DNA of 64,000 nucleotides from Candidatus Poribacteria bacterium (lineage in GTDB: Bacteria > Poribacteria > WGA-4E > WGA-3G), in contig OZ219750.1 of the NCBI GenBank assembly GCA_964291315.2, positions 512,001 through 576,000 on the forward strand, read 5' to 3'. Under the pieces are notes generated by a model. It was not told where the DNA came from and did not search any database. It saw nothing but the letters and a program-made list of their open reading frames with translations. Shown here one piece after another: positions 41,562 through 50,916 of the stretch. The first letter of the stretch is position 1. Each line of letters begins with the position of its first letter. A program made the position numbers and the translations under genes.

Positions 41562-44498
41562 TTATGTCTGCGTTAGTGTCTCGCGTAATACTTCGACCGG
41601 ATGCTTCGGTTGCACGCCCGTTCCATGTTCGAGTTGATGTCTACAAGAAAAGCCTGCTGCACTGAGTGTGAAACTTCCGGGTGGTTTTTCACGGACAGCC
41701 TCAAAAAGTCGCAATTCGCCAATTTTCATGGAGAGGTCGTAGTGTGCCTTTTCATATCCGAACGCGCCAGCCATACCACAACAACTCGAATCAATCACGG
41801 TAATATTATGTGCTTTTGGTAAACTTAACATTTCTACAGTCGGTTGGATACCTACGAGTGCTCGCTGATGGCAATGTCCGTGTAGCAGAATCTCTTGCGA
41901 ATCCGTTGAGAATTCTAGGGGCAATTCGCTATTTTGGGTCAGTTGCACAAAAAATTCCTCAAACGAGTAGGTAGCCTCAGCAACGCGTTTCGCATCAGGC
42001 GTGCCGATTAAATCAATGTAATCATCGGTTAGTGCAGAAGTACAACTTGGTTCACACCCAATGATAGGAATTCCTTTGTCGGCATAAGCGCAGAGGGTGT
42101 CAATGTTGTAGAAAGCGTTTTCAACTGCCCGATCGAGCATCCCTTCTGAGATAAGCGGTCTACCGCAACATCGTTTGTTAGGTAGAATTACCTCAAATCC
42201 ACAGGCTTCCAGCAGCTCCACCGCAGCTTTACCGATAGAAGGTTCACTGTAGTTCATGAAGGTATCTGGAAAGAGCACCACTTTCTTATCTGATATTCGT
42301 CTCGAACGCCGCTTTCGGAACCACTGTTCATAAGTAGGTCGCACGAAGGTAGGCATATCCCGGCGTCGATCGACACCGATAAGTTTCTCTGCAATCCATT
42401 TAGAGAATGTGTTATTGACTGCCCAATTAGAGAGAGGGGAGAACATCGAACCGAGCGGCGCAAGTGTACCAATTTCACCGAATAACCGTCGATGTAGCGG
42501 TAAGCCGTTTGCTTTGTGATAGTGTGCGAGTACCTCATATTTAATCTTCGCCATATCCACGTTAGACGGGCATTCTGCCTTGCAGGCTTTGCATCCTAGG
42601 CATAGGTCCAGAACTTCTTGTAGTCGTTCGCCGGTGAGTTCAGTGTGTGGCAAAGCTCCTGAAATAACTGCGCGGAGCGCATTCGCGCGCCCACGCGTTG
42701 AGTGTTCCTCTTCCCGTGTGCCGATGAAAGAAGGACACATGGTGCCAGTCAGCGTTTTTCTGCAGGCACCAACGCCGTTACACATCTCAATTGCTCTACT
42801 AAACCCGTCTTGACTGGAAAAATCGAAATAGGTGTCAATTTTAATAGCGTTGTAATCTTTACCGAAGCGGAGGTTTTCTGTCATCGGCGGGGCATCAACG
42901 ATTTTGCCCGGATTCATTATACCATTGGGGTCAAAAGCTCTTTTCACCTCGGTGAGTGCCTTATATATCTGTGGGCCGAACATACTTTTTATCCACTCAC
43001 TCCTGACGAGCCCATCGCCGTGTTCTCCGCTCATCGTACCCTCCAATTCCAGGAGCAGGTCTCGAACTTCGCGAGCGATGTCATGCATTTTCTGAATGTC
43101 AGTCTCAGATTTCAGGTTAACGATAGGACGGTTGTGTAACAGGCCAACGCTGGCGTGTGCGTAGTAGGCGGCGGTGGTATTGTGTGCTGTGACGATCTCA
43201 TCAAACCTGCGGACGTACTCCGGCAGATTTTCTATTGGCACTGCGGCATCTTCAACGAAGCCGACAGGTTTTGCATCGCCTTTCATACCCATTAGCAAGC
43301 CGAGTCCCGCTTTCCGTGTTTCCCATACTTGTGATTTTTCTTCAGCGGTGAAACAGCGTACGAACGCGTAGCCGAGCCCTGTACTTTTCAACACTTTTTC
43401 GAGTCTATCCAGATGCGATTCCAGTTCTGTCTGTGTTTCACCGTAAAATTCGACTGCAAGCAGCGCAGCAGGTTCACCTTGTATGAAGGTAGTCAATCGT
43501 GAAAATTCTAACGATCCGCGCGCCATATCGAGAATTGTTTTATCTATAAGTTCTACGGCGGTTGGGTTACATTCCAAGATAGGTTGCATAGCTTCCATAG
43601 AGCCAATGAGGGACTCAAAATGGACAACACACAGAGCTGTCAATTTAGGAATGGGAACGAGGTTTATTGCCGCCTCGACAGTTGTTGCAAGAGTGCCTTC
43701 AGAACCGATGAGGATTTTCGTCAAGTTGAACGGATGGTTTTCATCGCAACCATCGCGACGGTAGGGCGTAACCTCTTTTGAACCGGCATCTATAACAAAC
43801 TCATCTAGATTATAACCTGCAACACGGCGCAAGATACGTGGGTAGCGTTTACGGATCTCTGCTTCGTTGTCTGCACATATTCGACAAAGTTCTCGATAAA
43901 TGTTTGCTTCTAATGTAGTTCCCTGTTTTTTAGTGTTTAGTTCTGTGAATGATATGGGGGCTGCTGTAATTGGATCAGCGTTTGAAAGCACTAAGTCAAG
44001 CGACATAACATGATCGATAGTTTTGCCGTAGATAAGTGAGTGTGCCCCTGCGGAATTGTTTCCAATAGTGCCTCCAACATTTGCCCGACTACTCGTTGCG
44101 ACATCCGGGGCGTACATCAAACCGTGCGGTTTTAGTTTGTGGTTCAACTCATCTAAGACGATACCAGGCTCAACGCGCGCCCAACGTTCGCCGACATTCA
44201 CCTCAAGAAGTTGATTCATATATTTAGACATATCCAGTACGATTGCCTCACCGACACTCTGCCCGGCAAGGCTTGTGCCGCCACCACGCGGAAGAATCGG
44301 GACCTTATGTTCTGACGCGATTTGTAATGTCTGGATGACATCCTGTCTGTTTTTTGGTATTACAACACCTATTGGTTGTATTTGGTAGAGGCTTGCGTCT
44401 GTGCTATAAAGTGCCTTGGAGTACAAGTCAAAGCGGACCTCTCCAGTAATCGTTTTTAACAATAGGTGTTCAAGGGTTTCCGCTATGGAAGTGTTCAT
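41562..44498 (-). CDS. FAD-binding, (Fe-S)-binding oxidoreductase (GlcD/GlcF-like fusion)
   Basis: RGGGTSLAGQ, GSEGTL, SGEHGDG, NPGKI, CLGCKACKAECP, CCG domains. Confidence 0.92.
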   Translation of the reverse strand: MNTSIAETLEHLLLKTITGEVRFDLYSKALYSTDASLYQIQPIGVVIPKNRQDVIQTLQIASEHKVPILPRGGGTSLAGQSVGEAIVLDMSKYMNQLLEVNVGERWARVEPGIVLDELNHKLKPHGLMYAPDVATSSRANVGGTIGNNSAGAHSLIYGKTIDHVMSLDLVLSNADPITAAPISFTELNTKKQGTTLEANIYRELCRICADNEAEIRKRYPRILRRVAGYNLDEFVIDAGSKEVTPYRRDGCDENHPFNLTKILIGSEGTLATTVEAAINLVPIPKLTALCVVHFESLIGSMEAMQPILECNPTAVELIDKTILDMARGSLEFSRLTTFIQGEPAALLAVEFYGETQTELESHLDRLEKVLKSTGLGYAFVRCFTAEEKSQVWETRKAGLGLLMGMKGDAKPVGFVEDAAVPIENLPEYVRRFDEIVTAHNTTAAYYAHASVGLLHNRPIVNLKSETDIQKMHDIAREVRDLLLELEGTMSGEHGDGLVRSEWIKSMFGPQIYKALTEVKRAFDPNGIMNPGKIVDAPPMTENLRFGKDYNAIKIDTYFDFSSQDGFSRAIEMCNGVGACRKTLTGTMCPSFIGTREEEHSTRGRANALRAVISGALPHTELTGERLQEVLDLCLGCKACKAECPSNVDMAKIKYEVLAHYHKANGLPLHRRLFGEIGTLAPLGSMFSPLSNWAVNNTFSKWIAEKLIGVDRRRDMPTFVRPTYEQWFRKRRSRRISDKKVVLFPDTFMNYSEPSIGKAAVELLEACGFEVILPNKRCCGRPLISEGMLDRAVENAFYNIDTLCAYADKGIPIIGCEPSCTSALTDDYIDLIGTPDAKRVAEATYSFEEFFVQLTQNSELPLEFSTDSQEILLHGHCHQRALVGIQPTVEMLSLPKAHNITVIDSSCCGMAGAFGYEKAHYDLSMKIGELRLFEAVREKPPGSFTLSAAGFSCRHQLEHGTGVQPKHPVEVLRETLTQT

Positions 44499-44667
44499 AT
44501 CTTTTGTCCTGAAACTTTGAAACCGTTCAACCTGTTCAGCTTTCCACGGTGGTTTTCGGTTAATCTGGCCCCCCTCATACCTTATAAGAGGGTTTAACTG
44601 TTAAAGTTTGAGGTTGTTAAGCAGGCCCTTCTTATCATGAGTGATTCTTAAAAAACCTCAAAAAGAT

Positions 44668-44696
44668 TTGACATTATGGTCTGAATAAGGTATAAT
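44668..44696 (+). promoter_or_regulatory. Consensus sigma70 promoter of tRNA-Leu
   Basis: TTGACA-17 nt-TATAAT. Confidence 0.85.
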
Positions 44697-44708
44697 TAAT
44701 TATAAAAT

Positions 44709-44792
44709 GCCCCTGTGGTGGAATTTGGTATACACGGCAGGTTGAGGGCCTGTGCCTTAATTGGCATGCTGGTTCGAGTCCAGTCGGGGGCA
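44709..44792 (+). tRNA. tRNA-Leu(GAG)
   Basis: Cloverleaf with long variable arm; anticodon loop ttGAGgg; GGTTCGAGT T-arm. Confidence 0.95.
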
Positions 44793-44808
44793 CTGTTTTT
44801 CCCTTCTT

Positions 44809-45981
44809 CTACTTCTCGGTCCCAACCTTTGGAACGCCTCCTAGTAACTCCTTGTATACCTGATATGTCCGGTCTGCGATTGTTTCCCATGTAAAGTTTT
44901 CGATACGGGCGAGTCCACGTGCAATCAGAGCATTGCGAAGGTCAGCGTCCTCTGCGATTTGACGTATCTTTTCTGCTAAGGCATCTGCATCTGCTTCAGG
45001 GAAAATAAGCCCCGCATTGCCAATCACCTGCGGAATTTCTCCAGAATCTGAACCGATGACTGGGACCTCACACGCCATTCCTTCTATAAGCACTCTCCCA
45101 AAAAATTCAACCCATCCTGCTGTTGTCCGAGACGGAAGGACTAACACGTCCATACAATTGATATAGAGGGCTACCTCTTCCGGAGGTACGGCATCTATCC
45201 ATATAACTTGTTCGGAAATACCAAGTATTTCAGCAGTCTTCTGAAAGTCGAGTTTATCCTCTCCTTGTCCGACGATGAGGAGTTTATAGGTGTGTGTACC
45301 CTCTTGATTTACAACAAGGCGGACAAATGCCTCAAGCAGCGTATCTATACCTTTCATTGCTAGTAGCCTGCCGACATAACCGATGACAAAACAGTCGTTG
45401 AACCCGAATGATTTCTGCAATTCAGTGACATCTATTTTGTAGAAGTGGCGGACATCAACACCGTTTGGAAAAGCTGTTTGTTGTCCAGTGTATCCTCGTT
45501 CAGTTAGGATTTTACCAGCGTTTGCGCTTAGTGGAAAGGCTCTATCAGTTTCCTGAAAAACACGTTGTTCGATCCACACGGGCAATATGCCAAATTTCTG
45601 TTTGATTGGTACGCTGAGTGAGGTGCGAAAGATAAAACGACTGTTCGGGCAATACTTCCGTTTTAAGCGAACTGTCTGTAGGGCGTTAAGACTCCATGCC
45701 TCCTCTTCAAGGTGAATAATGTCCGGTTGGAAGTCCTTAAAATGGGACTTCACACCACGTCGGTAGTAAAAACGGCTGCCGTAGCCGGAGAATCGGATTG
45801 GCCATGGAAATTCCTCACATGGTGTGTCGGGTTCGGGTTCAAAAACGATATTTTGGAAACTTTCGTACCAGCATGTAGGTGTAATAACACGTAGGGTGAC
45901 ATCCGGACGTGCGGCAATGATCGCGAACTTTCGCCGGTACGGCTTCATGATATAAGAATGAGAGAGAACTAAGACACGCAC
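44809..45981 (-). CDS. Glycosyltransferase family 4
   Basis: PNGVD, GYVGRL..KG, EFFGRVLIEGMACEVPVIGS. Confidence 0.92.
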   Translation of the reverse strand: MRVLVLSHSYIMKPYRRKFAIIAARPDVTLRVITPTCWYESFQNIVFEPEPDTPCEEFPWPIRFSGYGSRFYYRRGVKSHFKDFQPDIIHLEEEAWSLNALQTVRLKRKYCPNSRFIFRTSLSVPIKQKFGILPVWIEQRVFQETDRAFPLSANAGKILTERGYTGQQTAFPNGVDVRHFYKIDVTELQKSFGFNDCFVIGYVGRLLAMKGIDTLLEAFVRLVVNQEGTHTYKLLIVGQGEDKLDFQKTAEILGISEQVIWIDAVPPEEVALYINCMDVLVLPSRTTAGWVEFFGRVLIEGMACEVPVIGSDSGEIPQVIGNAGLIFPEADADALAEKIRQIAEDADLRNALIARGLARIENFTWETIADRTYQVYKELLGGVPKVGTEK

Positions 45982-46024
45982 AACTATTTGTTATTTCGGC
46001 TTTGTTGAGAACATGCTGAGCCTA

Positions 46025-46447
46025 CTACTCTTCTTCTTCAAGGCTTCTTGTAGGTCGGACAACGATTGTTCTCTCCGCCTCGTTCCGTACGGTGGTGAAG
46101 GCAATTTCCCGGCTTGTATCTGGCTCCGCGGCTGCCTCTGTTTCAGTATCCGTGTCTGTTTCATTTGATGCAGCGAGAACATCCATCAAACCCTCAAGGC
46201 GTTCTCGGATATCCGTACGCTCTTGCGAAATAGCTAACCGTTCTAAATTAAGTTCCTCTTCAAGGTCACGGTTCCGCTGTTCGAGTTCTTGGATCTTAGC
46301 ATCGCGTTCTACCACGTTGCTGTTAAGCCTTGCAATATCAGCTTCTAGTTCGAATTTTTCTGCTCTTAATTCTTGAACGGTGGAAATTGCAAGTTCAACA
46401 TGCTCTTCCAAAAGTGATACAATACTTTTTTTCGACAATTCAGCCAT
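46025..46447 (-). CDS. Coiled-coil protein, ZapB-like
   Basis: LEEHVELAISTVQELRAE heptads; IRERLEGL; GGAGG SD. Confidence 0.6.
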   Translation of the reverse strand: MAELSKKSIVSLLEEHVELAISTVQELRAEKFELEADIARLNSNVVERDAKIQELEQRNRDLEEELNLERLAISQERTDIRERLEGLMDVLAASNETDTDTETEAAAEPDTSREIAFTTVRNEAERTIVVRPTRSLEEEE

Positions 46448-46475
46448 ATTTGGCCTCCTTTCAAGGTCCTATTGC

Positions 46476-47396
46476 TCATTTTACTATAGTTTCACAACTT
46501 TCGGTTGCGGGTTCGGTTCCTGTTTCAATAAGCGATTGGTGCTCAGTGTCTGCCCAGTCTGGGAATTTATGAACGTAGTGAAAGAGGTATTGCTGTGCAT
46601 ATCCGATGCCATCCCCGAAATAGTTATGCGCGAATTCACGTATTTCGCGATGTGTGGCGTGCCGACGCAGATAAAGGGTCTCGAAAATGCGTTTTATCCA
46701 GACATCAATGGGCAATGCTGTAAGATGCCCAAGCGAAAATAGACAGATACAATCTGCCACTTTTTCGCCAATACCTTTTTGCCGCATCAATTCCTGTTTT
46801 GCTTCAAGGTATGGCAATTGCTTCAGTGAAGTAAGGACAAGTTCCCCACTAATGACTGCACGCGCAATAGCCTGAAGATAGCTCGCTCGGTAACCGGTAC
46901 CGCATCCCAGGATCTCTTCTTCAGTGGTTGTCGCAAGGGCGTATGGACTCGGAAAACTATAATCGATATAAGTTTCCATTCTCAATTTTTCACCGTAACG
47001 CTCGGAGAGTCTACGGATAATCTTTCGGATTCGCGATATGTTGTTGTTTTGTGATAAAATAAAGGACGCTATCGTCTCCCAGAGTTCTTGGTTTAGAATA
47101 CGCATCCCCCAAAAGGTTTGAATCGTCCGGTGAATATAGGCATCCTTATCAACCTCGGCGAGGATTTTAGGCACATCTCGCGCCAGATCGAGATAGTGCC
47201 GGAGGTATGGCACGAAAGTCGTATCATCTTCGTTAGCGGAGCTTTCAATGTGCACAGTGGCCTCTTGTTGATAGATTTTGAGTATACGGCCCTCCACAAC
47301 ACCGTAATAGGCATCATTTATTCTGTTCCATCTAAATGATTGACCTGACTCTAATGTATATTTCAGACTAAAATTTGTTACATTCTGGATTTGCAT
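46476..47396 (-). CDS. 8-oxoguanine DNA glycosylase (OGG, HhH-GPD family)
   Basis: TLESGQSFRW, SQNNNI.RI, GYRA, GIGEKVADC, PIDVWI, GYAQQYLF. Confidence 0.92.
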   Translation of the reverse strand: MQIQNVTNFSLKYTLESGQSFRWNRINDAYYGVVEGRILKIYQQEATVHIESSANEDDTTFVPYLRHYLDLARDVPKILAEVDKDAYIHRTIQTFWGMRILNQELWETIASFILSQNNNISRIRKIIRRLSERYGEKLRMETYIDYSFPSPYALATTTEEEILGCGTGYRASYLQAIARAVISGELVLTSLKQLPYLEAKQELMRQKGIGEKVADCICLFSLGHLTALPIDVWIKRIFETLYLRRHATHREIREFAHNYFGDGIGYAQQYLFHYVHKFPDWADTEHQSLIETGTEPATESCETIVK

Positions 47397-47862
47397 CGTG
47401 ATGAGTTTGTATTGTCTATTTTATCAGGTTTTTACAAGAGTTCGCAATTGAAATCCTTCCTATTTCTTAATTTGCTATATTAACGTAAACGTCAAAAATC
47501 CTATCATTAAAAACAAAAAAAGTGTGTTTCTCATAAAACATCTCTCCTTATTACGATCAGATGCCTTTATGAGTGGTGCTCATCTATTTTCCAGCGAACT
47601 TGCCTGTTTTCAATTATACTTATCTTTATATTTGTTGTCAAGTGTTTTCGCACCCGTCTCCGCCGCCGAAAAACCGACAGTTATGCTCTTGAGTCCGGCG
47701 CGGCCGGGGAGACCGTTCAAATGGACGAGATGCTGAACGAGTCAGTTAATACATATCAACGCGAAATTGACGAAGGCTTAGGGATTTAACCTACCCTCAA
47801 TAGGACGTGCACAGCTGTATAACCGCTGCTGCTAGGTTCTGCCTTATATCCCAGTCTCCCTT

Positions 47863-48311
47863 GTATAATGGTTTCCTGTGAGTTTGTGGCGTTGTGCTCT
47901 TGTATCATAGACTGTCAGTCTGTGCTACGAGTTCTGTAAATTGCCAGTGTGATATTCGCTATTCTGTAGATAGAATATCAACGGTTCAGCTTTTTTTGAA
48001 AAAAAGTTGACAAAAACTTGGAAATAGGTATAATATCGTGTAGGCAGTTTATTAACGTTCCGTAGTAGATATATGTATCTGCCTGTTCATGGATATCAGC
48101 AATATGTCGTTTCATTTTCACTCAAGCCGATGTCAACTGACATCACTTTTTTAGTATCGTTAGTTTTCGTAGCCTGGTTTCCTATGAGTCTGTGCCTTGT
48201 AGCATAACCTGTCAGGTTGTGCATCCTTAGCTTGTGTTACGAAAGATGTGGCACAGGAAACCAACAGCCTATGCTACGGAAGATGTAGCACAGACCCACA
48301 GTCTCTGCCAC
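47863..48311. repeat. Array of about six degenerate palindromic sites (consensus near GTAGCAYAGAC-N5-GTCTGTGCTAC) flanking a promoter
   Basis: Copies at 47863, 47902-47928, 48169, 48199-48225, 48248-48277, 48285-48311. Confidence 0.65.
48007..48034 (+). promoter_or_regulatory. Sigma70 promoter of the FGE-domain gene, with a ~360 nt leader
   Basis: TTGACA-16 nt-TATAAT preceded by T and A tracts. Confidence 0.75.
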
Positions 48312-48397
48312 AGATAGATTTATCAAAAATCCGATCTCGCTCACGCTTGTGGTGGGAGATCATAATCTTAAAATATACAGCAAAGGAGTATTTTCTG

Positions 48398-50293
48398 GTG
48401 AAAACGTATTTGACAAGCCTGAAACTTATGGTTGCCGCACTCGCTAGAAGAACAGTATTCGTTCTCTCTACGCTTGCTGCGCTGATCCTTGCAATCGCCC
48501 CGTTCGCGGCGGCCGAATGGCAAGAGAACATGGTAACCAATAACACGCTCGAAGAGATCTATGTGATCAAGAGCACCTGGCAGGCAGCAGATGATAACAG
48601 AAACATCCCCGTAGGGTTCCGGACCCGCGGCTCATACCAGCTTCCTCCCGGGAAGTCCAAAGTGTTCTATTCCTGGGACACTAACAGTATCTATTTCCGT
48701 ATTTCAAACGCAGATGGTGCGATAAAAGCGAACAGCGGCACGACGGCTTTTGCGTTCTGGGCTCATCCGGATCGCTCCTTCCGTGTTGTCTCACAGACGC
48801 TCGATGCCTCTGTGACAACGGATCAGCTGCTTTACTCTGATCGTTCGCCGGATCAGTTGGCTCAATTGGAGGGATTTGTCAGCTATACGGGCGGCTCCGA
48901 AGTGGTTGTGACTCCGGCGTGGGTATTGCTAGATGGACAGCCGACTGCTCCGCCAAATAACGAGCTCGGAAACGATGGTGGAGACGATGGTGGTCCGCCC
49001 GGTGGCGATGTTGCGCCGCCTGCGTGGGTAGCGAGCGTGATAACAAATGCCACGGAAGCCGACCTATATGTAGTCTACGCGACGTGGAAGCTGGAGAACC
49101 TGAAAAAAGGGTATCCTGAAGGGTTTCGGACGCGCGGCACCTATCGCATTCGTCCTGGGAAGGGGCGCGTGTTTCATGCCTGGGCGGATAACGAGATTTA
49201 TTTCCGGATTGCCAATGCTGCGGGAGCGTTAAAACCGGAGGCGAGTTCGGAGACGTTTGGGTTCTGGCTGCATCCGAGTCGTTCGTTTCGCTTGGTCTCG
49301 GATCAGGTTTCTGCGACAGTAGAGCAGTCGGGTCTGAGTTACTCGGATCGTTCGGTGTCGAAATTGGAGCGTTCGGATGGTTTTATGGTATATGAGAGTG
49401 GTTCTGACGTGACGGTGACTGCTGATTGGGTGCCGGTAGCTCCTGTAGATGCTGGGAATGACGGTAACGGGAATGCCGGTGACGATGTCGCTCCAGTACC
49501 GCCTGAAACGCCAGTGCCTCCGGTAAACCCGTCAGCTCCTGCGGGCATGGTGTTGATCCCCGCTGGCACCTTCCAGATGGGCAGCAACAGTGAAATCGAT
49601 GAACGCCCTGTTCATTCTGTGTCTTTAGATGCATTTTATATAGATACACACGAGGTGACGAACGCAGAATACGCAGCGTTCCTCAATGCGAAGGGCAGAC
49701 ACGCCGATGCGGGTCAGATATGGTTCGATATCGGGGATGTTCATGCGCACATTGAGTTAGTAGACGGTATGTATAGTGTGACGTCGGGGTATGCGAATTA
49801 TCCTGTTGTTGAGGTGAGTTGGTATGGCGCGATGGCATATGCTGCGTGGGCAGGCAAGCGGTTACCCACCGAGGCCGAGTGGGAATATGCCGCGAGCGGT
49901 GGTTTGGCCGGCAAGAAATATCCGTGGGGCAACACAATAAACCCCAACCGTGCCAACTACGCTGGGCATTTTGGCGGTATAACGGTAGTAGGTAAATATC
50001 GAGCGAATGGTTATGGTCTGTATGATGTCGCGGGGAATGTCTGGGAGTGGTGTCTGGATGAGTATAGAGGTGATTTTTATACCAGCTCGGCTGCCCATAA
50101 TCCGTTGTCAGGTGCTCCGAACATTAAGTGGCTGTTAGATAACTATACAGGAGTTAATTCATACCGCGTCGTGCGTGGCGGCTCCTGGCTCAATATAGCA
50201 CCGTTCGTGCGGGTCGCCAACCGCAACCTCAATACGCCTACGATCACGATCTTCAACATCGGTTTTCGTTGTGTGAAGTCTGTATCCCCTTGA
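48398..50293 (+). CDS. Secreted protein: two tandem ~135 aa domains (DUF1036-like) and a C-terminal FGE-sulfatase/CLec-fold domain; candidate DGR target
   Basis: AAGGAG SD before GTG 48398; signal peptide ending AAA; repeats TN.T...YV...TW....GFRTRG.Y...PGK; FGE motifs; no catalytic Cys after RGGS. Confidence 0.85.
   Translation: MKTYLTSLKLMVAALARRTVFVLSTLAALILAIAPFAAAEWQENMVTNNTLEEIYVIKSTWQAADDNRNIPVGFRTRGSYQLPPGKSKVFYSWDTNSIYFRISNADGAIKANSGTTAFAFWAHPDRSFRVVSQTLDASVTTDQLLYSDRSPDQLAQLEGFVSYTGGSEVVVTPAWVLLDGQPTAPPNNELGNDGGDDGGPPGGDVAPPAWVASVITNATEADLYVVYATWKLENLKKGYPEGFRTRGTYRIRPGKGRVFHAWADNEIYFRIANAAGALKPEASSETFGFWLHPSRSFRLVSDQVSATVEQSGLSYSDRSVSKLERSDGFMVYESGSDVTVTADWVPVAPVDAGNDGNGNAGDDVAPVPPETPVPPVNPSAPAGMVLIPAGTFQMGSNSEIDERPVHSVSLDAFYIDTHEVTNAEYAAFLNAKGRHADAGQIWFDIGDVHAHIELVDGMYSVTSGYANYPVVEVSWYGAMAYAAWAGKRLPTEAEWEYAASGGLAGKKYPWGNTINPNRANYAGHFGGITVVGKYRANGYGLYDVAGNVWEWCLDEYRGDFYTSSAAHNPLSGAPNIKWLLDNYTGVNSYRVVRGGSWLNIAPFVRVANRNLNTPTITIFNIGFRCVKSVSP
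50162..50275 (+). other. DGR variable-region-like segment
   Basis: Codons CTC AAT ATA GCA CCG TTC ... AAC CGC AAC CTC AAT ACG CCT ACG ATC ACG ATC TTC AAC ATC between RGGSW and GFRC, at the 3' end of the gene. Confidence 0.65.
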
Positions 50294-50420
50294 GGCTTTA
50301 CGCATTCACGAATTATGTTTCCGAATCTGTTACGCACACAGGTAGCGTTCAACGCTGTTATTCATTTCTCCTGGGGATTCGCAGTTTCCTGTCAGTTGAG
50401 ATGAGCTAAAGATACAATCC

Positions 50421-50752
50421 GGGGCGTGATGGCTAGTAGGGTTCTGCCGACAGCTCTCACGCCCCTTTTATTTTTTATCGGCTCGCTGCCTGTGGGGAAC
50501 TCCAATTTCCGACGACACGATAGATGCAAAGCGTGCTATACTATGTGTCTATCGGCAGCAGTTATACACACAATTGAGCCGGTAGGTGGAGCGTTTCATA
50601 CGGAGTCGAGGTATGAGAATCACTCCGTCGCTAGGGGCCCGGGGCTTTATCAGGTAAGCTGTCGGTTTCATCAGGCCGCTAAACCTTGCATCGACGAGCC
50701 CACGCGGCTCTTCGTTTACGGGCAGCAAACACACACGCAATCCGCAGTCCGC
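50421..50752 (-). ncRNA. Candidate large structured RNA with several potential pseudoknots, family unknown
   Basis: Several 7-15 bp complementary segments; G-U pairs are valid only on the minus strand; no credible ORF. Confidence 0.5.
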
Positions 50753-50822
50753 ATTATATAGTAGTATATTTGAAAAATTAGCAAGTTTTTATCATAATTA
50801 GGTATCCCGCCCCGATCCAAAT

Positions 50823-50851
50823 TTGACATTTATCCCGTTTATATGTATAAT
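50823..50851 (+). promoter_or_regulatory. Consensus sigma70 promoter
   Basis: TTGACA-17 nt-TATAAT. Confidence 0.85.
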
Positions 50852-50916
50852 ATTAACACGCTTCATGTGTGAGAGTCCATTAGACAGAAACCAAAGAGGA
50901 GATACTTTAGTAACAT

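Noticed and set aside
47524-47790. 70 aa ORF in the intergenic region
   Set aside because: No SD and no recognisable motif; at most a remnant.
47863-48311. CRISPR array
   Set aside because: Units are degenerate, irregularly spaced and in mixed orientation, with no unique spacers and no cas genes.
50421-50752. tmRNA (standard or permuted), RNase P RNA, SRP RNA or hammerhead as the identity of the structured element
   Set aside because: No T-arm/CCA acceptor, and the putative tag (AADRHIV) is atypical; no GAGGAAAGTCC; no TCAGG..GGAAGGAAGCAGC; CTGATGA is not followed by a stem II and GAAA.
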